Source: Felis catus (taxonomy: Eukaryota). Taken from it: DNA of 64,000 bases. The translations under genes and the position numbers were made by a program. Below the pieces are notes generated by a model that had not been told where the DNA came from, ran no database searches, and saw nothing but the letters and a program-made list of their open reading frames with translations. Shown here one piece after another: positions 51,001 through 64,000 of the stretch. The stretch is taken from NCBI RefSeq assembly GCF_018350175.1, contig NC_058382.1:48920001-48984000 (forward strand), given 5' to 3'. Within the stretch, counting starts at the first letter, position 1. Each line of letters begins with the position of its first letter.

Positions 51001-54000
51001 CCTCTCCCAACCTGGGACCCCACCTCCTTCCTTCCTTCCAAACACAAAACCTGTCTCCTCAACCCCTGAAACTCCACCTGCATCTACGACCACCTCTTCC
51101 TTCAACCTCGTAGGGTCAAAAGTTGATCCCTCCCCACGTGCCCTGGATCCCTCTCTCTCCTTCCTTCCCTTGACTCGGCTCCATCAACTGTCCCCTTCCA
51201 CGTACCTTCAGTGTCCCCTCCAATCCTCAGCATTTTAATATGCTCAAGTCCCTCCCAACTGACTTAAGAAATACAAGAAAGGCTCCGTACCAGTCTTCCA
51301 ATGGTGATTTTTAATTTTACAAATTCTGAATTATAAAAATTGTGGTCTTTGTAAACCACACAAACGTAGAAGGAAATTAAGATCTCCCATCATGCAAAAT
51401 ACTCAATTCCAGGGCTGATGAAATTTCCCCAGACTTATTTATCTTGCAGCACGTGCTCCCCTGACACCCACCTGTGTGCCACCACCTGTCTTAAAGTCCT
51501 TTTTGTTACACCTCGGTGATTGCACAGTCTGCCGGCGGGCTACACCAAAATTTACTATGACGTCACAACCTGTCTTTTTCACTTGACAAGAAGGGCTTCC
51601 TATGGTATCTGTCACTTTCCCCCCTTTCCACCGTCCCGAACCCAAGCGGTTAAGCTCCCGTCCCGCAGGCCGGAATACTGCTCTCACCAAGAATGCCACT
51701 GTTGCCACCTTCCAGGGACACCGGGCCCATCTCACTCACCCTCTCCACGGCACTGAACACCGCCGATCGCCCCCGCTACTCACGCACTCTGTCCCTGTTT
51801 TATTTTGACACCGACTACCCCGGTCACACCTACACCGCCTTCCCTCCCCCGCCCATCCTTCTGTGTTGCTGTCCCTCAGGGTGTCTGGGACCAGCTTCTC
51901 CTCTCAGTCTGCCACCCTCCAGGGTCATTTCACGCGTACCAAGACTGACGCCTAAGCCCACAACAGCCCCGAGCTTTACATCTGCACCTCGAGCTGAACA
52001 ATGGCCATGTCCACTTGGGTTCCCGTGGGTCACGCCGAGCACATCCAGAAGGGAAACCCACCTGCCTCAATCTCCAAATCTGCTCCACTTCTGTGTCCCG
52101 CAGTGACACCATACACAAGAATCCCGGGTGTCACCTCCTCTCACCTCCCTCTCTCTCACCTCCTCTATGCGGCCAACCGTCATGGACTAACAATTCCACA
52201 GGCGACATTTCCCTCAGACCATCGACCTCTCCCCCTCCTCACTGCCATTACCTGAGTACAGACCGCCCTCCCCGATCAGATGAAGGCAGAAGCTTCCCGA
52301 CAGGGCTTCCGCACACCATTCTCCCCACCCCCCCTCAATCCTTCCGAGGAGGGGCGTGGAGGGAGGCTTCTCAAAGGAAACCCTTGTTCACACCCCTCTT
52401 CAAAACTCTGCAATGGCTTTCTGACGCCCTGAGGAAAAAAGCATTGTCCTGAACAGGAAGTGTGCGAGATCCTTCATCATCAGGCTCATTCCTGACCTCT
52501 GGTCTCTTTCTCTCCTCTCCAGCCAGACGGACATACTGATAATTCCTCCAACAGGACAGGCATTGAGTCTCTCTGAAACCCCCAGGATCGGGGCACACTG
52601 TTCCTTCGAACCACACGGCATAGTTCCTGCCCCCCTGCCCCCCAAACATGGATAATCCCCTCAGCTCTCACCCTGTTTCACAGCTTATCAGACCCCCTCT
52701 CCCCCAATACCGCCTCAGGTGACTCTTCCGTGTTCTCCCACAGCACCCTGCACTTCTCCAGCACAGAGCCTCCCACACTGTCACAGCCTGTTTGCCAATC
52801 AGGGAAACGGCACAGCGACCCCGCTGGAAATGCAGGCTTTGGGGGCAGACAGGTACGGGTCTGAAAATCTCCCCCACCTCTCATCAGCTCTATGGCTTTG
52901 AGCAAGTCATTCCATCTCGGTGCTCCAGGCTCCTCATCCACAAGGTGAGCTACGAACACCTGCCTCGCCGGGTTGCCACAAAGACTACAGGAATACAGAC
53001 AATACAGGAAAAGCATGGTAACTGGCACCCGAGAAGCACTCAGTAAGCGCTAGTTTTTAGTCTCCTCTTACAATGGAGCTCTCTGGGAGCTGAGACCAGT
53101 TACCACTTCAACGTGATTCTGCCGGCATTCAGGGTAGGCACCTAGGAAATATAATCAACGGAGGAATGAGAATGTACAATAAACGAGATGGGAAAAAATT
53201 CAGTGAGGACTCTGAGATCTTGAGGCTAGGCTCCAAGATTTCAGGGGATATCTAAATCACATAGAGTAATTTTTTAAAATTGTTTTCAGGGGTTTTTTTT
53301 GTTTTTCAGAGAGAGAAAGGGAGCCAGCAGGAGCCGGGGAGGGGCCACAGAGGGAGAGAGAGTATCTTAAGCAGGCTCCACGCTGAGCATGAAGCCCGAT
53401 CTGGGGCTCATCCCATGACTCTGGGATCCTGACTTGAGCCAAATCCAAGAGTGGGACACTCAACCAACTGAGCCACCCAGGCCGGTAGAGAAGAATCTGA
53501 AGATGTCAGAGACAAAGAAATAAAAGGTGGAGCCGGGTTTAAAATAAGTTATATTTAAAAACAAAAAACAAAAAACTAAGATGGCCCTATAATATTCTCT
53601 CCCTCTAGGAAGAATCGCTAAGGCAACCTCAATATCGGGACTGGTTATGCTCACACCTGCTTACGACAAGAAGAGCAAGGGACAGCTCCAAGTCCCTCTG
53701 GGTTGTTCCCCTGTATGGTCCCAGCGTGTGTACAAATGGGCCGCTGGTCACAAGGAAGCCTAGTGAGTGGAGCTCGACCGACACACTTCCCACTCTTGCT
53801 TCAGCAGAAGGGCCACCTGGGACATTTCCTTCAAACAGACAAAAACCCCAACGCTATCCCAGGCTCTTTCTCTGGAGAGGCTGGTCCCGGGGGTGTATCT
53901 GTCAAAACGTGCCACCAGGTGATCAGGCAAGTTTAAGAAATTAATACATATCCCTAGCGCTGGAAAAGTGTGCCCCGTGGCCCGGCACCGGCACCCCTCC

Positions 54001-54780
54001 CCTCCTCCCCCCCCCCCCCCCTCCCCCGGCCGCATGCCCGGACGTCACGCTTACAGAGATTCCCGAATCTAATGTGAATGTCCTTCACAGGGGTCCCGAG
54101 TGACCAAACATCACGAAGACAGTTCACCACCCTGGCCTACACTTTTCCCGGTAACTCGGCTTGCCGCACTCTGCGGCAGGCGTACAAGTTAGCGAAGCAG
54201 AGGCGGACCGCACGTCTCCAGGCGGGAAAACGATTGCACCTGCAGAGGGAGAAGGGCGGGCGAGACCAGCCAAACCCGCGCCAGGCGCTGTGCAAGCCCG
54301 AGGCGGGGGGCCCGAAGCGAGGGCACCCCGGCCGCTCTGGACATCGGGCTGAGGAGCGCAGGCCCGGGGGCAGCCGTGCACGGGGCCCCAAGGCCCGGAC
54401 CCCGGACCCCTTCGGCCGGACGCCGCACAGCCGCAGACCGACTGAGAGAGACGAGGCAGACCCACTCCCGCCCCGGGCCGCCGGAGTCCCCAGCGACCCG
54501 GCAGGAGCGACAGGAAACGAGGGGCGGCCGCGACCACCCCCGAGGAAGACCAAAGCGAAAAGGGGGGCGCTGAGACCCGCGCGGAGGGGAGGCCAGAGCG
54601 GCCCCGCCGCCGTCTCCTTACCTCACGAGCCGCCGCGGGCTCCGCCGTCAGCAGCACCCCGGCGGCAGCGGGACAGCAGCCACAACAGTTGCCGGGGGTC
54701 CCGCCGCCAGAAACGGGGCACTGGGAATGGGAAGGGGGCGGGGCGGAGGGAGTAAAAAGTTCCGGGGAAGCGGGAGACCG
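45027..54780 (-). pseudogene. Partial inverted PDPR duplicate: exon 1, coding exons 1-2 (48470-48247, 47090-46957) and a diverged coding exon 8 (45427-45235) with premature TGA
   Basis: Coding exons 1-2 translate identically to the parent. The exon 8 copy has 10 substitutions in 193 nt, including GGA>TGA at 45239-45237. All splice dinucleotides are intact. Exons 3-7 and 9-17 are absent. Confidence 0.92.
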
Positions 54781-55265
54781 CGACCTTCCGCGCTTTACGG
54801 CCCCCGGCAAGGGTACGCCCGCGCGTGCCGGCACACGCGCACGCGCGCGCCGTGACGTCCCCGCGGCGGCCCCGCCCCTGCCACGTGGGGCTTGTTTGGG
54901 TGCCGCGAGGCCCCGCCCCGGGAGCTCGGCCCCCGCCCCAGTGGTCCAGGCTGCTTTCTGATGTGTGCAAGTGGAGCGGGGACGCTGCGGTGGGTCGCCG
55001 GCCTTGCCTTGCCGGGGTGTCGGGAGCGCGGGGCTTCGCTCTGCCCTCCAGGCGCCCTGCCGCTTCTGTCCCCGAGCGGGTCCGCGGCTCAAAGCCACTC
55101 TAGTCCCTGGCGCAAAAGGGCGGCGTGGACCGACAGTCCCTTGTCTCTGGAAGGCGCTCGGCTCTTCCTTGGGCCAGGCTCTAGCAGAGCGTCTGAAATC
55201 CGGTCTGCGGGCCTGGCCCGACCTCGGAGGCGGGTTTAGCGACCCTGAGCTCTGGGCGGGATCTC
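53975..55265 (-). promoter_or_regulatory. Duplicate PDPR CpG-island promoter, pointing back toward the PDPR 3' end
   Basis: Mirror of 6850-8140 with GC boxes, E-box, CRE-like, NRF1-like and ETS-like motifs and the exon 1 donor (~54621) retained. Confidence 0.88.
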
Positions 55266-56444
55266 ACGCTGCACCTTCCGGGCTTGCCTGGGCCCGAGGG
55301 AAGCAGAGTCATTCACTCCGTCTTCTGAGAAGCCTCCCGTCCAGTCCTCCCTTCCTATCGCTTGGCCCTGTCTTCTTTCCCTCGTGGAACTCATCACTAT
55401 CTAAAGTATGTGTTCGCTGACTGCCTTTGCCACCAGTGGCAGGCCCCGGACCCTGTCGACAGAACCTCAATCTTAGGCACGGCAGCACTTGCAGCAGCGC
55501 TTGGCGCATGGTCCAGCCAGTATTTCTTTGAATGGGGAGCGTTCTGAGGGCACGGCCGCCACTGCACGGTGGGCCACACTCTCCACCTCCCGGTCTTGGG
55601 ATTGAAGCCCGTCTTGCCACACGAGCCAGTCTCGTTTCCTTATGGCCTCTGATGATGGGATTCCGCAGTGCACAAGAACCGGAGGGCTGCTGCCATTTTA
55701 GGGGGTGGCAGGAAAGCTCAGGGACCCCGGTGGCACCAGGCCGGCCCACAACCTGCACAACTGTCTACCCACTGACTCGCCAGTTGACTCACACGCTACA
55801 TTGCACCGGGTTCTGGCTGCCTGAGGATGGAAACTCCGCCTCTTGCTGGTCTGACGCATAAAAGTTGAAGACATTCTGCGCTTCTGTGCAGAGAAATTCT
55901 TCAGTATTTTAGCTATAATGGCTTAGAGCTTGGTGTCACCTGACTACCCAAAAGGAAGAGGAAATAGACCAACCCATCTGAGGTTGTATTCTTGAGGACG
56001 TCCCAGATGTGGCAGTTTGGGGAGAAAAACTTCACAAGTTTTCCTGATGAGTAGTTTCACCTATGCCATTTTCAGGCTTGTGAATTGGGGAGAAACCTAG
56101 TTGTCTGTACGAAACGGTGGGTGAAATGAAGTGATGGTGTGGTAAATTCCATTCCGTTTACGTGCAGTTAAGTAGTGAACACACTGTACGCATTTCTCCC
56201 TGCTTACGTCAACCATCACTATTTTTTGATGTTTATTTATTTTGAGAGAGGGAGAGAGAACAAGCAGGGGAGAGGGGCAGAGAGAGAAGGAGAGAGAGAG
56301 AGGATCCCAAGCAGACTCTGCACCACCAGTGCAGAGCCGGACGCAGGACTGGGACCCACCAACGCTGAGATCATGACCTGAGCCCAAACCAAGAGTCAGA
56401 GGCTCAACCGACTGAGCCACCCAGGTGCCCCTCAACCGTCACTA

Positions 56445-57790
56445 TTTACATCTCCACGATAAAAGGCTGAGTCCCACGGCTCCTTTATTGTCGACGTTGG
56501 TTCTTGTACTTTCTAGGCTCTCATGTCCACCAAATGCCCTATTCTTCAGGAGGACTGACTGTTTTCTCTTCCGGGCTTCTCCTACTCCACGAAACGTCAG
56601 AGTGACTTCTTGTACGATACTTCACAGAGCACACCGTCCCGTGCACAATTACACGTCTTGACGGGACTTTTCACTCGTGGTATTTGGATTCACCGTTGCA
56701 AACATTCTGCCTTCTTGGTTTTCTGTCTCGCAAGGACTGAAATTACCAGGGGTGGGGAGGATAGTTTCAGCATCTGTTTCAAAAGATCCATGCCAGGATT
56801 TCCTTTGCACACCAGGAACTGGAGCTCGGAGCACCTCTCTGCTCCAAGCCCGGTTCTCGGTTCTCGGTTCTCATGCCTTACGCCAGAATGTCCCACGGTA
56901 GGTGTAGACAGGAAGGACAAAGAGAAAGTCAATCACTCGGTCTGAGGGTTCCCCTCCACCCCCCACAGCCTCTCTTCCCCAGATCAAAGGCCTGGCCTGC
57001 TGGGTAGAAAGTTTCTGCGGCTTGTTTCAATCAAGGGGTTTCTAGCAGCACAGTTAACGCTTCACTCTCCGGTGTGCTCTTGGGATACAGGAAAATGCCA
57101 TTGTAATTATCGTACAGCGCTGTAACTCCTTATTTACATTTTGTATTACAAAATGTACATTTTGTATTACAAAATGTACATTTTGTAAATGTGCAGTTTG
57201 CTCAGCCCCTTTCTGTGTGTGTGTGTAGTGACAGCAGGTGGTGCTGAGGACACGTGAGGCATTTTAGGGCACGGGCTCTTTCACAGGAGCTCCGGGGACT
57301 TGAGGCGCCCAGAGTGACCAGCACGTCTGCCTCCGCGGGCGCGGTATTAACATCCTACCCTGTACTTCCATCAAGCCGGAGTTTAATTAACGTGTTCTTT
57401 TCATGCGACTGGGTCTGCAAATGAATAAACAGACACGTTAATTACTCTGGCTGAGTCCACTGTGAAACGTGCTTCATGTTTGGCGACAGGGTGTTAAGTA
57501 TTTGCCATAACAGAGGATAAACACGATACACAAAACCTTATCCACCTGTGTTACCAGAGCATAAAACAGGATTTGGAAACCAAGGCACAGCACACAGGCA
57601 TTCCATCACCCTCCGCGCAGTGGCGGCATGGCTAGAGACAGATAGCCTCCCTTACTCTTCTGAAGGTTTGAGGACTCACATCTAAGTCTCTAACACGCGA
57701 CAGACTGAACCAGCCAAGAAAGTGCTAAGCATGCGGTAGGCACCAGCGGTGGTGCCTCGGAATCGTCTCGGGACACGTAAAGCAACACCC
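56445..57790 (+). repeat. Right-arm copy of the 3' UTR paralog (direct repeat of ~43490-44740)
   Basis: Same blocks; ORFs 43742..43990 and 56677..56901 show related translations. Confidence 0.9.
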
Positions 57791-60434
57791 TCTGAGTGAA
57801 CTGGAATCAACCAGGCTGGAAGTCTGACCCGTACTTCTCGAGAGGCTTCCAGGAAGCTCTCTCTCTCGTGTCTCGAAACCGCTGGGTGCCAAGAGTTGAG
57901 CAGTCCGGAGGACAAATGGTAGCTGTGAAAGCTCTGTGGCTTCAGAAGGACTTTCGCTGGTTCCTAAGGAAGATACTTTGAGCAGGACAGGGCTCTTCTC
58001 ATACCTCATCCCATTGGATCTTGTGACAATCTTAGTAGGTGAGGTTTTAGCAGACGATGTGGGCTCAGAGGTAACGTGACTTTTCCAAGATCACGCCGCT
58101 TGTGGGAAGATCTAGAGACGGAGCCGAGGTGTTCGTTCTGAATCCAGAAGCCATCTGCGCCGTAGCATAGGGCAGGTGGCCAGGAGGACGTCTGAGGCTG
58201 GGGACAGAGAGCGAGAAAAGAGCACGCAATGTAACAGTAAGGAGCCCCACTTAGCTGTGCTCCCCGGATCTTTTCAGGCCCTGTGCCGTCTGCCAGGTGA
58301 CCTTGCAGTGCGTGAAAGGGTTGGAGTATATGTGTCAGCCGTCCTGAGGACTTTTACAAAAGGTCGGCAGAGACCGCGGTGTGCAGGCCCGGAGCGAGGC
58401 CCTAAGGCAAATTACGCGCGTCCGTAGCCCTCCGGGGTGCGGCTTTTCATCAGCGATGGTGCCCTGAGCGGCCACCGTGTCTTGGAGGATCATGGGATCA
58501 CACCGGAGGGGAGACTCGGGAAACAGATCTGAACCCGGCCTGACGCCCAGCCCGCCGACCCCGCGGCCCGCAAGGGCCACCCGCCATCCGCCAAACCGCA
58601 GCCCCCTGCGGGCCCGTAAGCGTGAGGCCAAGTGCTCTGTGACGCACCGGGTCCCGGGCTGGGGTGTAGCAGCCATCTCGCGGCTCGAATAGAGGGCGTC
58701 TGGCCGCGTGGCCACGCAGGAACGACGCAGTCAGGGCCTCCGTCTCCTTGAGGGACTCTTCACTCGCCGCGAACTCGGGAGTCACCGGTCTTTTGTTCCG
58801 CTCATCTAACCAGCTTCTGAGCCGCTACGTGTGAGAACCCCATAAGCTGACACGTCGGGAACGACCTCATCATCCAAATCTCCTTTTATTTCCAGTCCAC
58901 GAATGGTCAGCCAGGTCAGAAACCGCGGGGTCATCTGGTCGCCCCGCTGGCTTCTCCCCGTACCTCCGGTTCGTCACCCAGCGCGACCGAGTGGTGTCCC
59001 CGGACCTCTGGTCTCTTCCGGCCTCTCGTTCCTGCCGCTGCTGCCGGGGTTCAGAGAGTAGCATCCCTCGCTCTGATGACGATCCCCGAAGAGATGGCCC
59101 CGCTCCTGCTCCCACCCTGTCCTCGCTCTGCAGGGCTGTCTTTCCAAAACACGTGGGATCGTTGTACTCCCTGGCTTAGCGCGTCCTCATGACTCCAGTC
59201 GTTGCGGAGGTTGCGTCCGGACTCCTTAGCGTGTGGCAGAGCACGGTCCTCATGGTGGAACTCGTTCTGGGCCCACACACTGTGCGACGCTGGGGCCCGA
59301 TTCCTGGCCTGTTTGCCCCGTGTGTGTGTGCGGCTCATCTTTCCTCTCACCCTGCTCTCCACTCGCACCCGCCAGACCCATCTCTCGCTCGCTGAGATGC
59401 CCTTCCTGGCACCTGTCCCGCTGTGCTCGGGGAAGAGCTCTGCATTTGGAATCAAATGCCCCCCCCCCCCCAAGCCCCTCCAGTCAGCCTGGCAGACCGT
59501 CCAGAATTTCAGAACCTCAGCCCACATCACCACCATCTCTCGGTGAAGCCTCCCCTTCCCCACAACACCTGGTCTCCCTTTGGTGTGGCCGCTGGACTCT
59601 CTCCGCCTCTGTCTTTACGTGGTCCTCTCCCCTCCTCGCGTGTCAGTCCCTCCCAAGAGGACTGGCTTCCCCGTAACCACCTTGTGCTGCGCCCTGCATC
59701 CGCCAGATGATTACTTGAGGGAAAGCGGTGAGGGCGAGCTCCGAGCTCCGTTTGCCAATCTGTGAAATGGCAGTTTCGTCGTGGCCTCGTGGCCTGGGAG
59801 AGCAGACAGGACTCTTTTCTGCCTTGGGTGTACCAACTCACCGGTAGGTGGCGCTGAGACTCGTGAATTGAGGTTTCCCGGGTCTCCCAGCCCCGCATCT
59901 GGAGTGCAGGTAGTCAGGATTAACTAGAAACCCAAATCAGACTCGTCAAATCTCCCCCTGAGAGGTGATAATCCATGCGGCCCCCGTGGCACGGGAGGGA
60001 CTGAGGAGAGGCTCTCTGGTGCAGCTTCGTAAAGAGCGAAGTGCGCTTACCTTCCTGCTGTCCTCACCTCGAGGGGCCTCTGCAGAGTTAGGGGCCCTCA
60101 GACACTTGGATCTGGGGCATCGTCTGACTCAGTCCCCCAGAGTCCGGGGTCAGAGGGTCGCTGTCCTATTTGGTCAAGAGCATAACTTTGGAGCTGACCT
60201 GGCCTGGGTCTGAATGCCTGCACTGCCTCTTCCTTGGCGGATGACTCTGGGATGTTAGCTTTCCTGAGCCGCCTCTGGATTAGGCACCAATAGAGACCAT
60301 ATAAAAAGAGAGAGAGCCTATAGGAGATATATATACCTATACATATAGATATATAAATCTATATATATTATATATAGATAATACAAAAATTTTAAAGCTC
60401 CCCTCATATATATATATATATATATATATGAGCA

Positions 60435-60486
<52 letters not shown>

Positions 60487-62627
60487 TGTGGGTATATATC
60501 CATATACCTCCCTCCCAATATATATATTGAGAGAGAGAGAGATGGAGAGAGTAGAGATTGGAAAAGTTGGGCTCCCGGGACTAGGGGTTGGCATATCTGA
60601 AATGATTTGCCCACAAAGCACATTTCTAGGGCCAGCCTGAGACTTGAGTGAGTTTTCACTGTAATTGAGCATCTTCCTTCTCTGACAGCCTCCTTTCTCA
60701 GGCTCCCCTTTGCTCTCTTGCAGCCTGGGTTCTTCTGAGGCGCCTTTCGTGGTGTCCAGAGCTTGGTGGGTTTTACTGTTGGAGTTTTAGCTGCTCCGTG
60801 GCTCAGGCTGCTGCTCCGTTTGACCCACCTCTAAAAACTGCCTGCCTTTGTTCCTCTGGGGCATTACATTCTGTATTTTGTTCTAAATGTGTAACTGTTA
60901 CCGTTTGGAAGGTCAGTTTGGTAGAAGCATTCTCTTTCATCATGGAAGCTGACCCCTCCTCCTCCAAAACAGTTCAGCTTTTGTAGCATTAACTAGAGTT
61001 CCATGTGTATTTCAAGTTTTTGGTTTTTGGTTTTGTTTTCTTAGGGGGTAGGGAGTAAAATTTACTTACAATGAGAAACCTACCTGTACCATTTCTTATA
61101 CATTTGGGGGGGGCGTAGTGTATGTGTGCTCTATTTCTTAAAGAAATACTCATTTTTAAATTTGTCTGTTTAAAAACTGAAAACTCCTGCTTTTCTTCCT
61201 CCTCTTCCTCGAGGGGTTTGGGTTGAAGCTCTAATGGCAGCCTTCCATCAGGGTGTTTACGTTAAGCCACTCAACGTTATCTGCTGATGAATCGCTTAGC
61301 ACGGGGCTACTGGCTTCCTGTTTCCCACCTGACAGTGGTCGGCTCTCAGAACCTTCTTTTTTCCTTTCAAGGTAATCGTATCTGTTTCCCTGCTGCTCAC
61401 GTGAGCACTTTGAGACGCTCGGACCGTTATGTCGGTGGCGTGTAATTGAGCAAATTCTGTTTTCTCTTTGCTTTGAGGACACCAGCTCTCACCAGACAAC
61501 CCGATCGATGCCCCACGCTGAGAAACTCCTACGTCATAGTGGGAATCTTTCTCCAATTGTTTTCCAGTCTCTTATCACACACAGCTAAGCGACTAGACCT
61601 AACCGTTGCAGAATGAATCAAAACTACTGCTGCAGTGTTCTCCCTTCCCTCACTCCACCCACTTACTTAGGCACCGCAGTCTTTTTTTGTGTTTTTAATG
61701 TTTGTTTATTTTTGAGAGAAAGAGACAGAGTGTGAGCAGGGGAAGGGCAGACACACACACACACAGAATCCAAAGCAGGCCCCAGACTCTGAGCTGTCTG
61801 CACAGAGCCCAACGCGGGGCTTGAACCTACAAACCATGAGATCAGGCCCGAAGCCAAAGTCAGATACTTCACCGACTGAACCACCCAGGCGCCCCCTGGC
61901 ACGGCAGAGTCTTGAGCTGGCTCTTTATCCTCCCCGAATCCCACGGAGGTTTGTCTGTTGGTTTCTCCCGTGAGCTGGAGGACTTTGTTATGGGATAACC
62001 GCGGGTTCCCTTGGTTTTTGACAAGAATCTAGCACTCTCCCCCTCACTCCGTCTTCTCCCCTCAAGCAGGGACCTTCGTAAGCACTGGAGGCAGTATGTT
62101 ATGTGGTTGTTCTTGTTTATTTGTTCTCCAGTTCCGTTCGAGGTGTGGACTCTTCAGGGAGAAGGGCACTGGTGGAAAATCGGGAGCCTGCGGAGCCTGT
62201 ACCACTGCGGACCCGGGACGTGGCCTTGCCCCTCCCCATCTAGGCTCCCCAAGAGCACAGCCCCTCCCCTCCTCCACAGCTGTGTAACTTTCTAGAATTT
62301 AGTCGTTTGTGGGACACTTGGGTTGAATTTCTGTAAGGCCAGCAGGAGGGAGACTGTGGCGTGACCACGGTCAGGAAACCGAGCCCTGACCAGCGGCCCT
62401 TGGTCACAAATGGAATATCTGGTAGAAACGAATGAGAGCCTCAAGTCACCTGTAAATGGGATAAAAATGTGTATGTGGCACACAATATAGCATATTTAAA
62501 TTTTTATTGATAATTGGAATGTATTAATCTTCTTAAAATTTATTAAAATGTGGATTACAATTTTAAAACAATAGAGATAATACAAAAATTTTAAAGCTCC
62601 CCAAATTCTGCATTAAAAAGTGATTCC

Positions 62628-63308
62628 TGGGTGCCTGGGTGGCTCAGTCAGTGAAACATGTGACTTTGGCTAGGGTCATGATTTCACGGTTCATGACTTC
62701 GAGCCCTGCATTGGGCTCTGGACTGTCAGCGCAGAGCCTGCTTGGGATTCTCTCCGCCCCCCGCCCCCTCTCTCTGCCCCTCTCCCACTTACGCATTTTT
62801 TCTCTCCCTCTCTCAAAATAAATAACACAAACTTAAAAAAAGGTTATTCCCCACCCTTGTTTTCCTTCCAAAGTAATTAATTTGTTACCTGCTGTATCAC
62901 AGGATAAGTGTTACTAGTGTTAATAGCTGCTATTTATCAGGGACTCACTTTGTGTCAGAACGGTGCCTTATAACATCCCCACGTATTCACCCTGTTCGGT
63001 AGACAGCCTTAACCCTGTTTTGGGGGGCAAGAAGCAGGCTCAGAGGGATAGAACATTTGCCTGGCAATACATGCCCTAAAAGGAGAGAATCCAGACTTTA
63101 AATCATTTTTTTTAATGTTTATTTTTGAGAGAGAGACAGAGCGCAAGCAGGGGAGGGGCAGAGAGAGAGGGAGACACAGAATCTAAAGCAGGCTCTGGGC
63201 TCTGAGCTGTCAGCACAGAGCCCAACGCCGGGCTTGAACCCAAGAACTGTGAGATCATGACGGGAGCCGAAGTCGGATGCTTAACCAACTGAGCCACCCA
63301 GGCGCCCC
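62628..63308. mobile_element. SINEC 62628-62840(+), MIR-like ~62930-63100, SINEC 63106-63308(-)
   Basis: SINEC consensus; AGAGA(A/G)TCCAGA TSD-like repeat around the second element. Confidence 0.88.
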
Positions 63309-63546
63309 AGAGAGAGTCCAGATTTTAAAACCCCAAGCCATCCCATGTTTGGAAATTGCCTAGACCAATCAATATTAACTCATCCGACCCACACACCTGA
63401 GGCCTTTCCACCAGGAGCTGGGCAGACAAGCTCCCTGGGAGAGAATGAGGGAGAGCGTTTTTATATCCATACGGCCATCAGACAATGCTGGTAAAAATAA
63501 CAGCAGCAGGTGCCAGGCTAAGTCGGCTAAGTTCTTGCCATGGATC

Positions 63547-64000
63547 ATTTTATTTATTAATTTATTTATTTTTAGATTTTTTTTTTTAGTTTATTATTTT
63601 TTTTATTTTTTTAAATTACATTCAAGTTAGTTAGCCTATAGTGCAACAATGATTTCAGGAGTAGGTTCCTTAGTGCCCCTTCCCCATTTAGCCCATCCCC
63701 CCTCCCACAACCCCTCCAGCCACCCTCGGTTTGTTCTCCATATTTAAGAGTCTCTTCTGTTTTGTCCCCTCTCTCTGTTTTTATGTTATTTTTGCTTCCC
63801 TTCCCTTACGTTCCTCTGTTTTGTATCTTAAAGTCCTCCTATGAGTGAAGTCCTATGATATTTGTCTTTCTCTGGCTGACTACTTGCACTTAGCATAATA
63901 CCCTCTAGTTCCATCCATGTGGTTGCAAACGGCAAGATTTCATTCTCTTTGATGGCCGAGTAATGCTCCATTGTACATACGTACCACATCTTCTTTATCC
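63547..64000 (-). mobile_element. Feline/carnivore L1 3' end
   Basis: T-rich tail, then CAAGTTAGTTAGC...CCCTCTAGTTCCATCCATGTGGTTGCAAACGGCAAGATTTCATTC. Confidence 0.9.

Larger units (their letters stand above)
45441..62142 (-). repeat. Right arm of large inverted segmental duplication (outer end not determinable)
   Basis: Position 1 pairs with 62142 and 16709 with 45441. Differences are scattered SNPs, small indels and microsatellite lengths. Confidence 0.99.

Noticed and set aside
54124..55098. 324-aa ORF and other long ORFs in both CpG islands (7279..7989, 7358..8035, 54078..54755)
   Set aside because: Stop-poor GC-rich DNA with low-complexity A/G/P/R translations; the frame differs between arms because of a 5-bp indel.
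45441..62142. Right arm as a pure assembly artefact (second haplotype)
   Set aside because: Not excluded without reads, but the unique microhomology junction, the diverged exon 8 remnant and the GC skew confined to the arms favour a real structure.
1..64000. Neighbouring genes (CLEC18, GLG1), CRISPR arrays or prokaryotic systems
   Set aside because: No matching exons recognised; the sequence is mammalian and has no repeat-spacer arrays.

Overview
Mammalian genomic DNA, almost certainly from a feliform carnivore (cat-type SINEC and L1 elements). It holds one complete plus-strand PDPR gene (pyruvate dehydrogenase phosphatase regulatory subunit): CpG-island promoter at ~6.9-8.1 kb, 17 coding exons from 13680 to 40358 that splice through GT-AG sites to 2637 nt (878 aa + stop), and a long 3' UTR to ~44.4-45.0 kb. 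The gene sits inside a large palindrome. Bases 1-16709 are repeated in inverted orientation at 45441-62142, about 99% identical by eye, around a 28.7-kb spacer; the arms may extend beyond the window. The right arm carries a second promoter and coding exons 1-2, joined at a 4-bp microhomology to a much more diverged (~90-95%) inverted copy of coding exon 8. These exons could splice in frame to a 182-aa mini-PDPR transcribed head-on into the real gene. An older ~1.3-kb copy of 3' UTR sequence lies in each arm. Near-identical arms next to a diverged remnant, a strong AT-to-GC skew and few SINEs in the arms together suggest an old duplication homogenised by GC-biased gene conversion. Nearly all ORFs in the supplied track are spurious. 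Identities are manual estimates, and human PDPR comparisons are from memory.
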